Of a stretch of 51,325 nt of DNA, positions 48,552-51,325 are shown piece after piece (position 1 is the first letter of the stretch; every line of letters starts with the position of its first letter). The position numbers and the translations under genes were made by a program. A model generated the notes under the pieces. The model saw nothing but the letters and a program-made list of their open reading frames with translations, was not told the origin of the DNA and made no database searches. Origin of the DNA: Eubacteriales bacterium (GTDB lineage: Bacteria; Bacillota; Clostridia; Oscillospirales; CAG-272); contig JAZRDG010000097.1 of assembly GCA_045660125.1 (NCBI GenBank), positions 1-51,325 of the forward strand, given 5' to 3'.

Positions 48552-49458
48552 ACTTAAACATATCAGTAAATCATACGGTGCTGTTCGTGCGCTCTCGGAT
48601 TTTTCCGCAGAGCTGACGCCCGGCATTTACGCGCTGCTGGGGCCCAACGGCTCGGGCAAGACCACGCTGATGCACATTCTGACCGACAACTTAAAAGCGG
48701 ACACAGGAGAGATCTTGTATGCGGATGATAACTGTGAGAAGCAAAACGTAAAGGCTATGGGCGAGCAATTCCGCGAGAAGATCGGTTTTATGCCGCAGTA
48801 CCCGGGCATGTACCCCAATTTCACAGCCAGGCAGTTTTTGCAGTACGTTGCCGCACTCAAGGGTGTTGGCGAGAAAGAGAAAAAGCGCGCCAGAGACGCG
48901 AAAATCGACAGACAAATCACCGAGATTTTGGACGAATTGGAGCTTTCCGACGTGGCAACACGCAAGATCGGCACCTTTTCGGGCGGCATGAAGCAGCGCC
49001 TCGCCCTTGCGCAGGCTGTGCTGGGCGATCCCAAAATCTTGATTCTTGACGAGCCCACCGCAGGGCTTGACCCCAAGCAGCGTATCGCGGTGCGCAACTA
49101 CATCTCGCGCATCTCGCAGGACAAGATCGTCATCATCGCCACGCACGTGGTGTCCGACGTCGAATTTATCGCCAAGGAGATCATCATGCTCCGTAAGGGC
49201 GAGATCGTCAACATGGCAGCTCCGCACGTGCTGCTGCAGGAGCTTGCGGGCAAGGTGTGGGAGATCTGTGCAGAACAAGACCGGATTGTCGAGCTGCAAA
49301 ACGCCTTTGCGGTCACCAATATCGCAACCTCGGAAAAGCACGCGGGTAAGGTAGTGCTGCGCGTGCTGTCCGACATACAGCCGACAGCGGACGCGACTCC
49401 TCTTTCCCCCATGCTGGAAGACTATTATTTGTACACATTCGGCAAAAAAGAGCAATAA
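48541..49458 (+). CDS. ABC transporter ATP-binding protein (ABC-2/DrrA-like), module 2
   Basis: MKLELKHISKSYG..., Walker A GPNGSGKTT, LSGGMKQRLALAQAVL, ILILDEP. The start at 48541 overlaps the permease end by 11 nt. Close paralog of 26386..27300. Confidence 0.9.
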   Translation: MKLELKHISKSYGAVRALSDFSAELTPGIYALLGPNGSGKTTLMHILTDNLKADTGEILYADDNCEKQNVKAMGEQFREKIGFMPQYPGMYPNFTARQFLQYVAALKGVGEKEKKRARDAKIDRQITEILDELELSDVATRKIGTFSGGMKQRLALAQAVLGDPKILILDEPTAGLDPKQRIAVRNYISRISQDKIVIIATHVVSDVEFIAKEIIMLRKGEIVNMAAPHVLLQELAGKVWEICAEQDRIVELQNAFAVTNIATSEKHAGKVVLRVLSDIQPTADATPLSPMLEDYYLYTFGKKEQ

Positions 49459-49466
49459 ATATCAAC

Positions 49467-49502
49467 GCAGGACCGCGGCACTTCGCGGTCCTGCATATTT
49501 TT
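49467..49502. terminator. Bidirectional rho-independent terminator
   Basis: Stem GCAGGACCGCG/CGCGGTCCTGC with a 6-nt loop, then ATATTTTT. Lies between convergent genes. Confidence 0.8.
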
Positions 49503-49507
49503 GCATA

Positions 49508-50884
49508 TTACATCTCCTCAGCCAAGGTTCTGCGCTTTTTCCATTTTCCCGAGAGGAAATAGATCAGGCTGGGGATGGCGTAGCCGTAGGGTGCAAGACC
49601 GTAGCCCAGCACGAAGCCGAAGAATCCCCATCCGAACGCGATGCCGAACAGCCACGAAAGTCCTACGCGCAGCACCACGCCGTCCAAAAGCGCCAGCACC
49701 ATGCACAGCTTGGCGTGCCCAAGTCCTTGGATAAACGCGCCGCTGCCGCGCATGACGGCAAACGCCGGGAACATCCAAAGGATCGCCGCGATAAACTCGC
49801 CCGACATGGCGTGCACGGCGGGGTCGTCCGAGAACATCATAAACATCTGCTTGCCGAAGCACACGTAAGCGAGAATGAAGGCTGCCGTGAGCGCAAAGGA
49901 ATAGATCCACGCCCAGCGCACCACCTGCACGGCGCGCTTTTGCTCGCCCGCGCCGATGTTCTGGCTGATCATGGGCATGGCAGCATACTGAATGCCCTGC
50001 GAGATCTTGTTGATGATATCGTCAATGCGCACGCCTACGCCAAAGGTAGCGGACGCCTCGACGCTGATGATATTGATCTGCGCGTTGACCACCAGCATGG
50101 AAAGATTGATAAAGCCGGATTGGATCGCCATGGGTACGCCCTGCTTGGCGATCATGCCCACGTATTTCAAATTGGGTATAAAGTTCTCTGCAGCAAAATC
50201 GAAGCCGAACGCCTCTCTCTTGCGGTACAGATAAAACAGCGAAAAGACAAACGACGCGCCCTGACCGATGATGGTTGCCCACGCAGCACCTGCCACGCCC
50301 CAGCCAAGCCAGCCGGTGAACAAAAGGTCAAGCACCAGATTGACCGCGGACGCAATGCCGATGAACATAAACGGACGCTTGGCGTCTCCCATGCCGCGCA
50401 GCACGGCGGACACCATGTTGTACCCCGCGGTAAATAACAGACCCAACGCGCAGATGACCAGATAATCCATTGCCATTGCGTAGGACTCGGGCGGGATATG
50501 CATAGCGATCAAAATGGGATTGCGGAAGGTCAGAATCACGCCTGCCAGCACCAAGGAAAGCGCCAGCACGAACCCGAACAGCGTGCCCATAATGCGGCTC
50601 ATTTCCTTTTTCTTGCCCGCACCGAGCGCTTGCGCAACCAGCACCTGCCCCGCGTTGGAAAAGCCGAGACAGACCATGGTAGCAAAGTTGACGATCTGCG
50701 AGGATTGCGACACGGCGCTAAGTCCCGGCGTGCCCACAAACTCGCCCACGATGATCATGTCAATGGTGCTGTACAGCACCTGCATGGCGTTGGACGCCAT
50801 AAAAGGCAGCGCAAAAAGCAGCAGCTGCCGTGAAATATTCCCTTGTGTAAAGTCCTTTCGAAGCGTCTTGGTCGCCAAGGTCAT
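49508..50884 (-). CDS. MATE-family multidrug/toxin efflux transporter
   Basis: 458 aa with 12 hydrophobic helices. N-terminus LLLFALPFMASNAMQVLYSTIDMIIVG is typical of MATE (NorM/DinF-like) proteins. Confidence 0.85.
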   Translation of the reverse strand: MTLATKTLRKDFTQGNISRQLLLFALPFMASNAMQVLYSTIDMIIVGEFVGTPGLSAVSQSSQIVNFATMVCLGFSNAGQVLVAQALGAGKKKEMSRIMGTLFGFVLALSLVLAGVILTFRNPILIAMHIPPESYAMAMDYLVICALGLLFTAGYNMVSAVLRGMGDAKRPFMFIGIASAVNLVLDLLFTGWLGWGVAGAAWATIIGQGASFVFSLFYLYRKREAFGFDFAAENFIPNLKYVGMIAKQGVPMAIQSGFINLSMLVVNAQINIISVEASATFGVGVRIDDIINKISQGIQYAAMPMISQNIGAGEQKRAVQVVRWAWIYSFALTAAFILAYVCFGKQMFMMFSDDPAVHAMSGEFIAAILWMFPAFAVMRGSGAFIQGLGHAKLCMVLALLDGVVLRVGLSWLFGIAFGWGFFGFVLGYGLAPYGYAIPSLIYFLSGKWKKRRTLAEEM

Positions 50885-50910
50885 GCCCTTCTTTCTGTGT
50901 TCTACCCTTC

Positions 50911-50939
50911 ATTATAGCATAGATTGCCGAACTTTGCAA
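50911..50939 (-). promoter_or_regulatory. SigmaA-type promoter (extended -10) for the MATE gene
   Basis: On the minus strand: TTGCAA, 17-nt spacer, TGcTATAAT. Confidence 0.65.
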
Positions 50940-50969
50940 TGTAAAAATTCTTTTTTTGCGAAAAAAGGC

Positions 50970-50998
50970 TTGACGAACCGCCAAACCCATGATATAAT
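50970..50998 (+). promoter_or_regulatory. SigmaA-type promoter for tRNA-Gln
   Basis: TTGACG (50970-50975), 17-nt spacer, TATAAT (50993-50998), 11 nt before the tRNA 5' end. Confidence 0.75.
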
Positions 50999-51009
50999 AT
51001 ACGAGTTAT

Positions 51010-51084
51010 TGGGGTGTCGCCAAGCGGTAAGGCACTAGACTTTGACTCTAGCATTCGTCAGTTCAAATCTGGCCACCCCAGCCA
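51010..51084 (+). tRNA. tRNA-Gln (anticodon UUG) with encoded CCA
   Basis: Acceptor stem TGGGGTG/CACCCCA, anticodon stem CTAGA/TCTAG with loop CTTTGAC (TTG), T-arm GTTCAAATC, then discriminator G plus CCA. Confidence 0.9.
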
Positions 51085-51085
51085 G

Positions 51086-51117
51086 AAAAAAGCACTTGCT
51101 TAGGCAAGTGCTTTTTT
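51086..51117 (+). terminator. Rho-independent bidirectional-type terminator
   Basis: A6, stem AGCACTTGC/GCAAGTGCT, T6. The stem arms are the same as at 2319-2351. Confidence 0.85.
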
Positions 51118-51300
51118 CAGTGAAATAAATCCCTGACGGGATTTGTGAAATGCACTTCGTGCGTGAAATACGCTTCGCGTGTGAAATGCGCTGCGGCGCG
51201 TGAGGGGATTTATTTCATTTCACATTGCGACCAACGGGAGCAATATTTCACAATTCACGAAGTGAATTATTTCACATTCGCCGCAAGGCGAATATTTCAC
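51118..51300. repeat. Hairpin array 3: constant word GTGAAAT (left) / ATTTCAC (right) alternating with variable hairpins
   Basis: GTGAAAT at 51120-26, 51145-51, 51163-69 and 51181-87 (degenerate GTGAGG at 51200-05). ATTTCAC at 51217-23, 51245-51, 51269-75 and 51294-300. Hairpins: 51127-44 (AAATCCC tgac GGGATTT), 51152-62 (GCAC ttc GTGC), 51170-80 (ACGC ttc GCGT), 51188-99 (GCGC tgcg GCGC), 51224-44 (imperfect), 51252-68 (AATTCAC gaa GTGAATT), 51276-93 (ATTCGCC gcaa GGCGAAT). Confidence 0.85.
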
Positions 51301-51325
51301 CAAATTTTCGACTCTAAAGTTTTTC

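Noticed and set aside
24002-49458. Whether the AT-richer island is a mobile element, prophage, defence island or diversity-generating retroelement target.
   Set aside because: No integrase, transposase, recombinase, reverse transcriptase, phage structural, nuclease, helicase or toxin-antitoxin-like genes are present, and there are no flanking direct repeats. The only tRNA lies 1.5 kb beyond the island, past a MATE gene. Paralog variation looks like ordinary divergence and conversion, not template/variable repeat pairs.

Overview
About 51 kb from a moderately high-GC Firmicute, probably Clostridia of the Oscillospiraceae/Ruminococcaceae type. Genes have Shine-Dalgarno leaders, several products have lipobox signal peptides, and many promoters fit TTGACA-17-TATAAT. 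I saw no rRNA, CRISPR/cas, transposase, integrase, reverse transcriptase or phage genes.

Layout:
- 0.5-2.3 kb: AraC regulator, a polytopic membrane protein and a small XRE regulator.
- 2.6-10.9 kb: Gld-type ABC operon (ATPase, ABC-2 permease, two GldG-like auxiliary proteins, a 1084-aa DUF4340-like protein).
- 11.0-14.3 kb (-): a 1119-aa secreted discoidin/Big_2 glycosidase-like protein.
- 14.5-18.25 kb: metF, metH and a LURP-one-like gene.
- 18.3-23.8 kb (-): an ECF-like sigma/anti-sigma pair, a small membrane protein, a PAP2 phosphatase and a secreted phosphodiester glycosidase.
- 24-49.5 kb: a visibly AT-richer accessory island, the most interesting part (below).
- 49.5-51.3 kb: MATE efflux gene and tRNA-Gln(UUG).

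The island holds three further tandem sigma/anti-sigma-like pairs and seven paralogous beta-propeller-like lipoproteins. It also holds two complete and one decayed [lipoprotein - fused double permease - ABC ATPase] modules, plus two InlB-B-repeat surface proteins. A conserved promoter-proximal motif links the sigma genes to the plus-strand operon. I read this as a candidate uncharacterised envelope sensing/export system.

Separately, three intergenic arrays of short variable hairpins alternate with a constant 7-9 nt word. Each array abuts a strong terminator, and I cannot assign them to a known repeat class.

Domain names come from motif recognition by eye, and identities are eye counts. None is a search result.
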